Origin: Podarcis bocagei
Lineage: Eukaryota
DNA: 64,000 nt
NCBI GenBank assembly: GCA_964188305.1
Contig: OZ076897.1
Direction: 5' to 3' (one strand)
Every line of letters begins with the position of its first letter. Position 1 is the stretch's first letter. Positions 35,801 to 47,880 of this stretch are shown here, piece by piece. Made by a program: the position numbers and the translations under genes. The notes under the pieces are model-generated. The model was given only the letters and a program-made list of their open reading frames with translations. It was not told where the DNA came from and did no database searches.

Positions 35801-37329
35801 AAAATGTATATATTATTGAAAATAACATAGAAAATGCTTGCAAAAGTGTATATATTTGTCAAACCTGCATTTCAAAAATTTGGTTTTTTGAGAAGGTCCA
35901 CTGTCTCCTTATCTGTGCTGTGTATACTTTTGATATTTTCAGATTAATGGCCCTCTGCAGCACATTATGAAACCATTACTCCACTGAATATTATTATTAT
36001 CATCATCATCATCATCACCATCAGTCATTCACCATAAGGTCCCAGGGTGTATTACAACAACGTACAAATGCAATAGTTAGTCAGGCTGATGGAAGTTGTC
36101 TTCTCAAACATCTGGAGTGCAACAGGTTGGTGAAGACTAGTGGAGGCAATATTTGGCTAGATGAACCAATGCATACATTTGTGCAACTGTTGATGGACAA
36201 CGTAGTGGCTCTCCAAGGTTCCAAGTAGAGAGCTCTTTCCCAGTTGTTCTACCCTAAGATCCTTAAGTCAAGATCAATCCAGAGATGCCAGAGACTCAAC
36301 CTGAGACCTTCTGCAGGCAAGGCAGATGATCTGCCACTGAGCTTTGAGTGGGAACTTGAACCTTGGAAGAAATCCAGGCACTAGCTGATCCACAGCTGAA
36401 GTGGGAAAGTAGGGTTCATGACTTCAACATGATTCACTACATGGAGGAGAACTACTGCTGCTGAAAGCCACTGCGATGTATCATCAAGAGAAGCAGTATG
36501 AGGACCTTGTCAGGCAGCGATTTCATCTCATTAGACCCTGTCAATGCCTTTTGTCAATATATGCCTGGGCAGAACTTTGCAGTGATAGATTATATGAATG
36601 TGCCAGTTTTGGAACATCGCTCTTAATAATTATTGGTATGAGACGTTAAAGATGGCTTCTTTGAGATCATTAACCATGCAAGCTGTCAATCCACAAGGCT
36701 TTTTCATGCACCTAAGCAAAGTTCCTCCAAAGGGACACTGCAAAAAGCATAGTAAAGGAAGAGAAGCCAAGTCAGTTTTCAGATTTTGCCCCAACTATGT
36801 TCCAAAGGCACAGGCTGGGTTACAATGAGGACGTAAAGAGAGCCCTGCTGGGTTAAACTGAAGTCCACTATCCCGATTGCTACAGTGGTCATTCAGATGC
36901 CTCTGAGAATCTCATAAACAGGGCTTGAAGGAAATAGCTCTCACCCACTGTTGCTCTACAGCAGGCTTCCAGATATTTTGAGACTACAATTCCCATCATC
37001 CCTGACCACTGGTCCTGCTAGCTAGGGATCATGGGAGTTGTAGGCCAAAAACATCTGGAGGGCCGAGGTTGAGGAAGCCTGCTCTATACCAGTTGGCATT
37101 CTAGCAGCAAACAGTGACTGAATACAGATGTTATGACTAATAGCCACTGGTGGAGGTGTCTAAACTGTATTTATTTGTTCAAATCAGCATGAATATTGGA
37201 AAGCGGGCATCAGCAAAAAGGGTTTGTTGTTGAAGGCAACCTGATGAGCATCCTAAGAACATAGCCAACGACCTTATGATGAGTGAGGCCATTGGTCAAT
37301 CTAGCTCACTGTTGAATCTCTTGGGCCTG

Positions 37330-37645
37330 CTGATCAGAAGGTTGGCGGTTCGAATCCCCATGATGGGGTGAGTTCCTGTTGCTCTCTTCCAGCTTCTGCC
37401 AACCTAGCAGTTTGAAAGCATGCCAGTGCAAGTAGATAAACAGGTACCACTGCGGCGAGAAGGTAAATGGTGTTTCTGTGTGCTCTTGTTTCTGTCATGG
37501 TATTCCGTTGCACCAAAAGCGGTTTAATCATGCTGGCCACATGACCCAGAAAGCAACCTTTATTCTGCTTCCTGCACTGCAGGGGGTTGGACTTGATGAC
37601 ATTTTGGGTCCCTTTTGCACTCTACAATTGTATGATGCTATGATC
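37330..37645 (+). mobile_element. Partial Sauria SINE abutting a CR1 3' end
   Basis: Sauria SINE body at about 37330-37555, followed by TTCCTGCACTGCAGGGGGTTGGAC...CTCTACAATTGTATGATGCTATGAT. Confidence 0.7.
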
Positions 37646-37804
37646 CTCTGAGCCCCTCCCATGCATTCTAGACATGTAGCTCTTGATGAGGGCGGTGGAC
37701 CTCTAGAGGTGTGGCTTCAATAAACATCATCTATGCAAGTATTGTCCAGATTGCATTGCAGTGGTAGTATGGTATCATGCTGCCCAAACAACTTTTTTTG
37801 GATA

Positions 37805-37806
<2 letters not shown>

Positions 37807-37860
<54 letters not shown>
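37807..37860. repeat. (AAT)n microsatellite (a (TTA)n run also at 31926-31974)
   Basis: Directly visible. Confidence 0.95.
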
Positions 37861-37863
<3 letters not shown>

Positions 37864-38940
37864 GGGGCCAAAAAAGATGAGGGCATTTGTGAATTGCTGC
37901 CCAAATGCAATTACCGATTAAAATTGACTAAATCTTCCAAACAAATCTGAGCAATGCATTAGTTGTCACATTACCCTCGATTTGAGCCACACTGCTGTAA
38001 TTACTCAGAAGGTATCACTGCCTCAAAAAGTTAATGTAATTTGTGGCAATCCCCGCTTTCCACTTGCTGTGACTGGATGCTTTTGCTGAGGTTCTTGAAC
38101 AGCTCTCTGCTTGCATTAAGGTATCACATTCTATTCCCTTAGACTAAATATAAGAAAAAAGAGAGAATTTCAAGACCAAACCTGGGACATATCTCATGCC
38201 CAGCTGCTTCTGAACAAAACAAAGGGAACCCTTCTGTGGGCAGTCTGAGGATAATCTCCTCTTAATATTAAGAGATTTTAATATTTTTAGGATGCCTGCA
38301 ACAAGCATTAATCAATAGTCAAATCAATGAAATCACTTTAGTTGGATAATTGCAGAAAGGCCAATTTTCATTGATGGGCCTTGAGAGAGTTAAGGACACA
38401 CTTGTTTAATGTTGACGTTATTATGAATCTTTTAGGCTGGTGAGCGGCAACCTGCAGCCCTCCACATATTGCTAGATTACAGCTCCCATCATCCCTGACC
38501 ATTGGCCATTCTGGCAGGGGCTGATGGGAGTTGGAGTGCAATTTTTGGAGGGCCATAGTTTCCCTGTCCCATTTTTGTGCTATCGCACTAGGGAATGAAA
38601 AAGGCAACATAACAGAGGGCCTCTCCCACTAACAGTGAACAATACCTTTTTTAAAAGGGGAATTACCTCCCACTTTCTTCCTGCTCTCAAATGCCCCTTC
38701 GAATTGGCAGGGATGTTTCTAAAACCAATGCAAAACTGTTAAGTTCCCTTGTGCTTTTCACTATATTTATGGTACTGAAATGCTGTTTTTTGCATGCTGC
38801 CATATTGGCTGTTGTGCTGTTGTTTTATTATGTTATTGCGAAATTGTTCTCGCAATGGCTGGTTTTGAGACGATACATGCTTGTTTTCTTTTCGCCAGCT
38901 TGAACGTTATTCTTTCTTGTGGAAAAGCAGCGTACAAATA

Positions 38941-39398
38941 CAGTGGACGCTCGGGTTGCGAACGTGATCTGTGCGGGAGGTACGTTTGCAACCCACAGCA
39001 TCCACAACCCAAAGTGCTGCATCTGCACACACGCGGGTTGCGATTTGGTTCTTCTGAGCATGCGCGAGCGCCAAAACCCTGAAGTAACCCATTCCGGTAC
39101 AGTGGTACCTCAGGTTGAGTATTTAATTTGTTCTGGAGGTCTGTTCTTAACCTGAAACTGTTCTTAACCTGAAGCTCCACTTTAGGTAATGGGGCCTCCC
39201 GCTGCCGCCACGCCATTGCTGCGTGATTTCTGTTCTCATCCCGAAGCAAAGTTCTTAACCCGAGGTACTATTTCTGGGTTAGCGGAGTCTGTAACCTGAA
39301 GCATATGTAACCCGAGGTACCACTGTACTTCCGGGTTTCGGTGTGTCCGTATCCCGAAAATGTGCAACCTGAAGCGTCTGTAACCCGAGGTATGACTG
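38941..39398. mobile_element. Tigger-like MITE with a second Tigger-like MITE (39100-39325) nested at an internal TA
   Basis: Outer ends CAGTGGACGCTCGGGTTGC and GTAACCCGAGGTATGACTG with TA; inner element matches 2431-2656 and has TA at 39098-99 and 39326-27. Confidence 0.85.
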
Positions 39399-40098
39399 TA
39401 TAATTATGAATGAGTGAGTGCAGGGGCGTAGGAAGGAGGGGTGGTGGGGGTGGTCCGCCCCGGGTGTAATCCCTGCGGGGGGTGACAACCCCCCCGGCGC
39501 CATCACCCCACCCCCTGGGCAGATCTCCCCACCTCCAGGTGCACTGCCTGTGTGCCGCTCTAGGTGCCTGAGCAGCTAGTTCTGCCGCTGAGTGAGTGAG
39601 TGAGTGAGTGAGTGAGTGAGTGAGTGAATACCTCTCTGAGTACCAACGGCTGGGAATCAGAAATGGAGAGTGAGGAGTTGCAGACAGGATTTGCTTGTGG
39701 TTTCCCCACAAGCATCCAGTTGGCCACTGTGAGAACCGATGCTGGGCAATGTGGCCCTCTGTCCTGATCCAACCCAACACTTCTTATGTTCTTATTAGAT
39801 GTAGATTTATTAGATGAGTAGCATTCAGATGAATAGCATTCAAAGTGATCTACTATGCTACCATGGATGAACCGTGTTCTCATCCGTCTTGCAATGTAGA
39901 TAAAATATTCCTTGCAGTCAGCTGTCTTGGACCACTGATCATTACAACCCCACACATGCTAATCCATTCATTGCCACAGTTAATATATACCAACAAATTA
40001 CGATCAAGGCTGGCTCACACTGTGGCTAGTCAGAATTCATGTATTCTTAGCAAAGCATCGGGATGCATACGCCTACCATCAAACATGTGAGACAGTGT

Positions 40099-40898
40099 TA
40101 AAATTTACAGAACACTATGGTATAAGAGACAATTGTATGAAAATGTTATATAGATGGTACCTAACACCTAGTAGATTGGCAGAAATGTATAAATCAAAAT
40201 CAGATAAGTATTGGAAATGTAGAGAGAAAGAAGGTACCTTTTTCCATATGTGGTGGTCTTGCAGTAAGGTTAAGTCTTACTGGGAAATGATATATAATGA
40301 ACTGGAAAAGATGTTTAAGATAACATTTGTAAACAAACAAACAAACAAACCAGGAGCTTTTCTCTTGGGATAATGAGATCAGAGCTACCTAAACAATATA
40401 GAAACTTATTTATGTATGCAACTACAGCCGCAAGAATGATATTTGCATAAAAATGGAAAGAAGTAGTCCTGGCAAGAGAAGAATGACTGCAGAAATTAAT
40501 AGAATATGCAGAAATGGCAAAACTTACCGGAAGAATAAGAAATCAAGATAACAAACTTTTTATTAAGAAATGGAAATGGTTTAGTGAATACCTACAAACA
40601 GATCAAGACATTAGCAGGACTATTGTAAAAACTTGCAGTTTTTAAAAAAGATATAATAGCAGATTTATATTTATTTATTTTTTAAAAAAGAATAGGTTGA
40701 GACAATTTGGGATATGCAGGGAAAGACGAAAACAAGTTTAAGGAACCCCAGAAAGGGGGGAGGAAAGTCGAGATTCAAAATGACTGAATTACTGTTGATA
40801 GATGTGTGAAATGTTTTCTTTTTTGTTGTAATTGAAAATTATAAATAAATATAAAAAAGTCACCGAACTAAGTAGAATAATCACTTTTTTAAAAAAAA
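40099..40898 (+). mobile_element. L1-clade LINE 3' fragment
   Basis: MLYRWYLTPSRLAEMYK...WKCREKEGTFFHMWWSC, homologous to 8560-9060 but with stops; TSD GTGAGACAGTGT at 40087-40098 and 40899-40910. Confidence 0.85.
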
Positions 40899-43545
40899 GT
40901 GAGACAGTGTGGTAGCTGAGGCATGCATACATCTGCCTGCCCCCCACAATCCTTCCCTCTAAAAGGGGGTGGATTAGGCATATGTGCATTCAACTGAGAT
41001 TAAACTGTATCTTGCATACGTGGAAGAGATGTGTGTGGAAACATGTATTTGTCAAATGCTGCCAAGACTCCGGTTGGGGTTTGTTCTCCCACCCACCCAC
41101 CCACCTGCAGTAGTATAGTAAACCAACACTTCTTGCAAAACGCAGAAATTGTTCCATTATCCAATTTCTTATTCCACAAACCCACCCAGTGTGTGGTTCT
41201 AGCAACTTCCAGCCCAGCTGTTGGGCTTTCAAAAGCACAGTCACATGGGAACACCCTCCGTTAAAAAGCCATTCCCATTCACATCCCCATATAGGAAAAG
41301 GCAACTTTCACACAAACAGGTTGCTAACCTCTCCGCTGGATCCGGCAAAGTATCTTGAAATGCAAGGGTGTAAATATGTCAAGAGGTGAAAGAAATCATG
41401 GAAGCCAGGTTCAGAAATGGTCTGCAAACATACGGGAAGAAGAAAACCCCAAGACAATCCTGCACATACCTCGCCTGCTACCATGGGCCAGTGAATACAG
41501 TGGTTACCATGGCTGGGCGATGGACTTCAGAGAGCAGGCTTTGTTCCTCCTCCTTACCCAAACAGTGAGTCTTGATCCAGTCTGCAGGTTTGTGTACTTT
41601 AGGCAAGCCAACTTTGCCCTGCTAGAGCTAAGAAGATTGTTTCAGGCTGAATGTAACTCATGCCTTCGGGCTTCTCATAGCATCTCCCTTTTGAGGGATT
41701 GTGTGCTGAAGACGTGGTAACATCTCATCGTTCAGAAAATCCAAAATGTGACCCGGAAAACATTTTTTTTGCCTAACCAAATGCAACTGGAAGCATGACC
41801 TGCATGCTAAGCCCACCACTGCTTCCCTCACCAAAGAAGACAAAGAAGTTAAAATGTAGATCCTAATAATAAACAAACCCTGCTACCAACTATGCTGGGA
41901 GGGCTTTTGCCGTTTAGCATGCAGAGGAAGCAGTGGTTTCCTTGAATGTGCATATTGTTACCAGCCAAGGTGCCAACGCCATAGAAGCTCGTGCTTGAGA
42001 ACGTCTTGCAGATGGAGTTGTCAGGGGAAGCAGCGTCTATGGGTGGACACAGATCATAAACCTTCCAGGATGTTAGCTGAGCCACTGTATCTCTTTGGGA
42101 AAGTATAATAGGCTTCTTGGGCCCAAGTAGTTTTCATCTCTCTCTGCTTTGCTCCATCCTTCCTCATTCTGATTGGCCTCCTGTCCTATAACTCCCCAAA
42201 CGTCTTAGCAGACTTTTTCTCTGAAACAAAGCACTCCACTTGTAGGGCTCCCAAACTCCATTCCTCACTCTGGCCCTGGTCCTGCTTAGCTGTACTCTTA
42301 CCTGTGGGAGTGCTAAATGTTGGCCTCACAGGGTATGGTTGAAAGACCAAAGTCTGCTCCTATCTTGGCTATATGCTCCAGTCTATCCTTTTGCTTCCCT
42401 TCTTGGTTAGACACCTGCAGAGATCCATAACAACCTCCTCTTCTCTTAACAACCTCTGTTGATAAGGTGGAGCACAGGAAGTCAATCAAAACATCAAAAT
42501 GTTCACAATTGTGAAACTTCTCTAATCATCCCTAGATCCTCTCAAATCTTGCCCAACTCACTTCCCCAAACCCAAACCACCAGAAAGGATCCCAAGCAGT
42601 TACATGCCATCTCCCCTCACATCCTACGTTTCCTCCACATCCACACACACCAATATCTTTCCTAGGGTCTGAACTATGCATAAGCCACTCATCCTCAAGC
42701 TTCCTTCAAGTGGCTATTGTTGTGTGGTGAAGTCAACATGAGTGTCGTCACGGGAGAGGGCATGTCTTGTGTGAACATATTAGGGGTACTTTGTGACTTG
42801 CTGAGCCTACATATTTCTTGGGGGGGGGAGGTGAGTGAAGATATCGAGGAACAAAAGCTAGCTACTGTATCATGTGCTATATAACGGTTGGCACATTTCA
42901 GAGGTGCACCCAGCACAGCTAAAAGCTATAGTATTCATTTTTACTAGTCTTCTGCAAAAGTTATTACCTGACATTTTGTATTAGTCACTCTAATTAACAT
43001 CCTGAAATAATGTAATATTTTGAGTCAGGAATGTTAAAGAGCAAATGTTGTACAGTGGGTAGCATATTGGAATTGGACCAAGGAGAAGGTGCGTGATGAT
43101 CACTGGGAAACCTTGGTCCAGTTACTTTCTCTTTTTCTAACTTCTCAGGGTTATTGTGAGGATAAAATGGGTTGTGTCTGTGGGTGTCTCTTTTATCATT
43201 GTTATGAAAGAACCATTTGGCTACCGTCAGTAAGGATAGCACATTAATACTTACTATGATTCCACTGAATAGTCTCCCTTTTTAGTTTTCAAAAACAGAA
43301 ATTTCAGTTGAATAGAAATATATCCTGAAGAAGACTTCAGTTATTTGAATATCAATCTCTCTCTCTCTCCCCCCCCCCTTGAACAGTGTTGTTGACTTTT
43401 CCTCTTACTGTTGTATATTCCTCATCTCTTGGGTCATCGTAGCCAACCAAGGATCACATAGGCCAAAAAAGGAAGACAGGTTTTGAAACTCTCAAAAAAT
43501 ATTGTGAAAAAATTGTGAATAGTGAGCATTAAAACTAATCTTTAA

Positions 43546-43870
43546 GGGATGCAGGTGGCGCTGTGGGTTAAACCAAAGAGCCTAGGACTTGCCGATCAGA
43601 AGGTTGGCGGTTCGAATCTCCACGACGAGGTGAGCTCCCGTTGCTCGGTCCCTGCTCCTGCCAACCTAGCAGTTCGAAAGCATGTCAAAGTGCAAGTAGA
43701 TAAATAGGTACCACTCCGGCGGGAAGGTAAACAGTGTTTCCGTGCGCTGCTCTGGTTCGCCAGAAGCGGCTTAGTCATGCTGGCCACATGACTCGGTAGC
43801 TGTAAGCCGGGTACCTCAGCCTATAAAGCGAGATGAGTGCCGCAACCCCAGAGTCTTCCGCGACTGGACC
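43546..43870 (+). mobile_element. Sauria SINE
   Basis: Full head and body; 14-bp TSD TTAAAACTAATCTT at 43529-43542 and 43871-43884. Confidence 0.92.
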
Positions 43871-43954
43871 TTAAAACTAATCTTGTTGGTGAAGAAAATA
43901 ATAATTTGGAGATTAAGCTTCTGGCATGGTTCTTTCGTGCTAAATTTTACACAG

Positions 43955-44101
43955 CTGGGCACAACTCATTAAGAAACGATCGCACTCATTTCCCATTGAA
44001 ATAAATAAGAGCTGCTCAAGGCCATTCATGTGCCCCTTTCACAAATCCCATTCACTTCAATGGAGCATGTACTGGAGACATTCCCAAAGGATTGTGCCCA
44101 G
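43955..44101. mobile_element. Old palindromic MITE (PIF/Harbinger-like)
   Basis: Ends CTGGGCACAA and TTGTGCCCAG; internal CCCATTGAAAT / TTCAATGG subrepeats. Confidence 0.55.
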
Positions 44102-44879
44102 TGTTAATACATTGCTTTCACTTGAAATGAGAGAAGAATCTGGCCCAAGCTCTTTTCATGATAAATATCACAGTTTTTTAAAGGTTCCAAAAATCCAGCT
44201 TTAACACTCACTTAAAGTGATAATTGTTATCTATAGGAGGTGAGTGCAGAAGGAGTGTTTCTTAGGAGAGCAATTAAACTCCAGTCTTAGAGCTACACAA
44301 ATATAGTGTCTGGGGTTGCCCCCCTCCCTCTGCAGAGAAACCATCTTCATCCACCGTGTTGCCACTGCATTCATAAAAGCAAATTACATCAAGGCATTGA
44401 ACCTTAGAGAGTTTAAAAATAAGACTTTTGCAAACTCCACTACAAGGGAAGATGCTCCAGCGCCTCTCCCTGCCCTTAAATAATGCAAAGTAATAGGCTA
44501 CCAGTTCAGTTATTTTAAACTAAAACAGATAAAAATAGATGAGATCTCTCATCTTTTTTTATTACCGAATCATGATGTGGAATAATGAAGGCAAAGTATA
44601 GCTGCTGAGGTCTTTCACAGTTGGGCTTACCCAAGGGGCGGTGTGAGGAGACTCTTGCAATGATGCCGTCAGGCTCGCAGTGGAAATTCACTGGGAAAAT
44701 GAGCAATGAGGTTTGATGGGGCAACCTGTTGAGTCCCACCAAAGCCACCAGGTTCAGTTCAGATGAACCTTTCTATAAGGTCTCTCCACCTTATTCCACC
44801 ATGTGTCGTGCGCTGAGGCTACAGAGAGGAAAGAGATGCCAGCTTTCCAGAAGTATTGCACAGCAGTAGCCCAGAAATG

Positions 44880-45567
44880 ATGGTGACAGCAGCCACAAAA
44901 TTAAAAGACATCTGCTTCTTGGGAGAAAAGCAATGACAAACCTAGACAGCATCTTAAAAAGCAGAGACATCACCTTGCCGACCAAGGTCCGTATAGTTAA
45001 AGCTATGGTTTTCCCAGTAGTGATGTATGGAAGTGAGAGCTGGACCATCAAGAAGGCTGATCGCCGAAGAATTGATGCCTTTGAATTATGGTGCTGGAGG
45101 AGACTCGTGAGAGTCCCATGGACTGCAAGAAGATGGAACCTATCCTGCTTGGCAGGGGGTGTTTCCTGCTTGGCAGGGGGTGTTTCCTGCTTGGCAGGGG
45201 GTTGGACTCGATGGCCCTTGTGGTCTCTTCCAACTCTATGATTCTATGATTCTATGATTCTATGATTCTATCCATTCTTAAGGAAATCAGCCCTGAGTGC
45301 TCACTGGAAGGACAGATCCTGAAGCTGAGGCTCCAATACTTTGGCCACCTCATGAGAAGAGAGGACTCCCTGGAAAAGACCCTGATGTTGGGAAAGAAGG
45401 AGGGCACAAGGAGAAGGGGATGACAGAGATGGTTGGATAGTGTTCTCGAAGCTACCAGCACTAGTTTGACCAAACTGCGGGAGGCAGTGGAAGACAAGAG
45501 TGCCTGGCGTGCTCTGGTCCATGGGGTCACGAAGAGTCGGACACGACTAAACGACTAAACAACAACA
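44880..45567 (+). mobile_element. Bov-B LINE 3' fragment interrupted by a CR1 3' end
   Basis: Same RT peptide as 3302-3982; TSD AGCCCAGAAATG at 44868-44879 and 45568-45579. Confidence 0.92.
45143..45270 (+). mobile_element. CR1 LINE extreme 3' end
   Basis: CCTGCTTGGCAGGGGGTTGGACTCGATGGCCCTTGTGGTCTCTTCCAACTCT followed by the canonical (ATTCTATG)n tail. Confidence 0.88.
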
Positions 45568-47699
45568 AGCCCAGAAATGTGGATTGTTCCATAGTGTATG
45601 TGTTTCGTACCCATTTCTCTTTAATTTCAGAAAACTCATTAGACTGACTATAGCTAGGCTGCAAAGGGTGAAGAACTAAGTTGAGCTCTTCAACTTTAGA
45701 AGCAGGTGGTCCATAGGAAAGGTGGTCTTGTTTCCATTGTTCTCAATCACTCTAAAGTGCTCTGGAAGCATCATAGCCCAGGATGGTTGCCAATATGGTA
45801 CCCTTCAGATGGTGCTTGACGACAGCTCCCCTGAGCCCCAGCCAACATATGAAGGACACCACATTGGCAAACCCTGTCCTAGCCAATCAAGAAATACAAA
45901 GAAAGCAGGATGATATTACATGGTTGCGTGATATCTGCTGTGGACCCCCCAGAAACAAAAGAAGTCCAGGTTGCCAAATGCCTGAGCAGAGCTTCCTTCC
46001 AGAGTCCTAATGCTCAGAGAACAGCAAGTTGGAGATCAGCAAAGATCACACGGACTTAAGAGTATCACAAGGTCATATGACTCAAGTCTCTTCCTTATCA
46101 CTGGTGGAGAATGGCTGCTGCTACCATTTCCATGACCATCTTCACCCTGGTAAAAATATTCATGTCTTCATAGCCTACAGACTGTTTCATCTGAGGCGGT
46201 GCCACCTCATGTTGCCTTGTGCTAATAGGAGAGTCAGTGTGATGTAGTGCTGGACTAAGAACTAAGGAGACCCAGCTTCACTTTCTACCTAGACTCACTG
46301 AATGATCTTAGGCTAGCCACTGTCTCTCAGCATAATCTCCTTCACAAGGTTGTTGGGTGAGGAAAGAACAAGGCAAATCCACCTGGTTAAACATGATAAG
46401 GCCGCCTCCAGATAATGCTCAGCATTCTGAAGACCCAACAATTACCAGGTCTTGTGGAGCATCTTTCAAAGCACCCTTTTGCACAGTGCCTTGCACAGTG
46501 CTTTGGAGGCAGCTGATCAGCAGTATCTGCAAACCCTGCCCCCTGCTTTTGGCTCAAGCAGATATTTTACCTGTAGGGCAGATGGGCGTGGCTTGGCCAA
46601 AATACCCCACCCCCAATGGGCCCTGCAGTCTGGAGGTCTCCCACCACTGCTCTTGATAATACACAGAAAGATGAGCAGTGCAGAAAACGCTGCACTGGAG
46701 AAAGAGAAAATGAAGAACTTTTCAAATACGTGAAGGATTGATACTTAGAAGGCAGCAAAGCAGGTTTGGGAGGTGGGTTGTTATCCAAGAAAACTATTCA
46801 TTTTTTCCTGGGTACCTGGGAAGGTGGTTCCAGGAAATGGTATTAAGGCACATGATTATTCTTTTTCCTTTTTTCCTTTTGGGACTTTTTTAGGTTCCTG
46901 AAAAGTATTTTCAGATTCAAATGCCAAACCTTGACTAAAGCACAATAGATTTGATAATATTGTTGCACCTAATGGGTAGGATTATGAGTACCCCTTTTCT
47001 AGTTCTGGGTCTAGTCAATGCCTGGACAAGAGAAACTCATAGTAGGTTGGTTAGCTATAATGTGGCCTCCAGTTGAGTATTCTCCGTTTTATTAAGCTCC
47101 ATCCCTATGTACAGAAGGCAGGCACTATACCTGTACACATTCCAGTGCTTCTTAAAAACTCTGAGTTCTCTCGCTTCTGATCCTGCTGACCATGACTGCG
47201 ATCCAGCAAAGCCCTTCCCGACAGCCCTACCAGAGAGGACGATGACGCGCATCATTCGCGCATCCCCAAAAGAGGACGAGGCGGGCCCTGCGCGCTGTGC
47301 TCGCTGGAGAGGGAATCTCCTTGCGCACCAAGAGGAGGGAAAGGCGGACCTCGCGCGGGAGGATGGCCAAGGTGCCACTCTCCTCGCCCCGAGCGTAGAA
47401 AGGACCCGGCTGCGCGCAACGGAGAGGGAATCTTTTGCTTTCTGTTCGTATGGCCGTCCGGCCCAGGATGTCGTGCTGCCTGAGGAAATGCTACCCAGTC
47501 AAGGTGCAACCAAGAGCCCCCAAAGCCAGTCAGGTGGCACGGGTCCCTGAGACAGACAAGCCCACAAAGCGCCCCGTTGCCTAGAAAAGGACCCTTCTGT
47601 GCCGGAGCCATTTGATTCCAGATGGCTTGGGTGCAGCAAAGCAAATTGAATAGGGAAGGAAAGGCACTCTGCACATTCCCCAAAGCACGCACATCTGCT

Positions 47700-47796
47700 T
47701 GTCCATTGGGCCATCGATCGGGCTTGGGAATGTCTACACGGACTGGCGGCGGCTCTCCAGGGTTTCAGGCAGGAATCATTTCCAAGCCGCCCTGGA

Positions 47797-47833
<37 letters not shown>

Positions 47834-47880
47834 ATTCCCTTCTGCTCGCAAGGCAGGAGCTGTGCCACTGAGCTAAGCCA
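47700..47880 (-). mobile_element. Old tRNA-derived SINE (Squam2-like); relatives near 11430-11550, 36160-36345, 48950-49110, 59380-59460, 60830-60920
   Basis: Minus strand TAGCTCAGTGGCACAGCTCCTGCCTTG...CATCTCCAGG...CCTGAAACCCTGGAGAGCCGCCGCCAGTCCGTGTAGACA; contains a (GAT)n expansion at 47797-47832. Confidence 0.65.
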
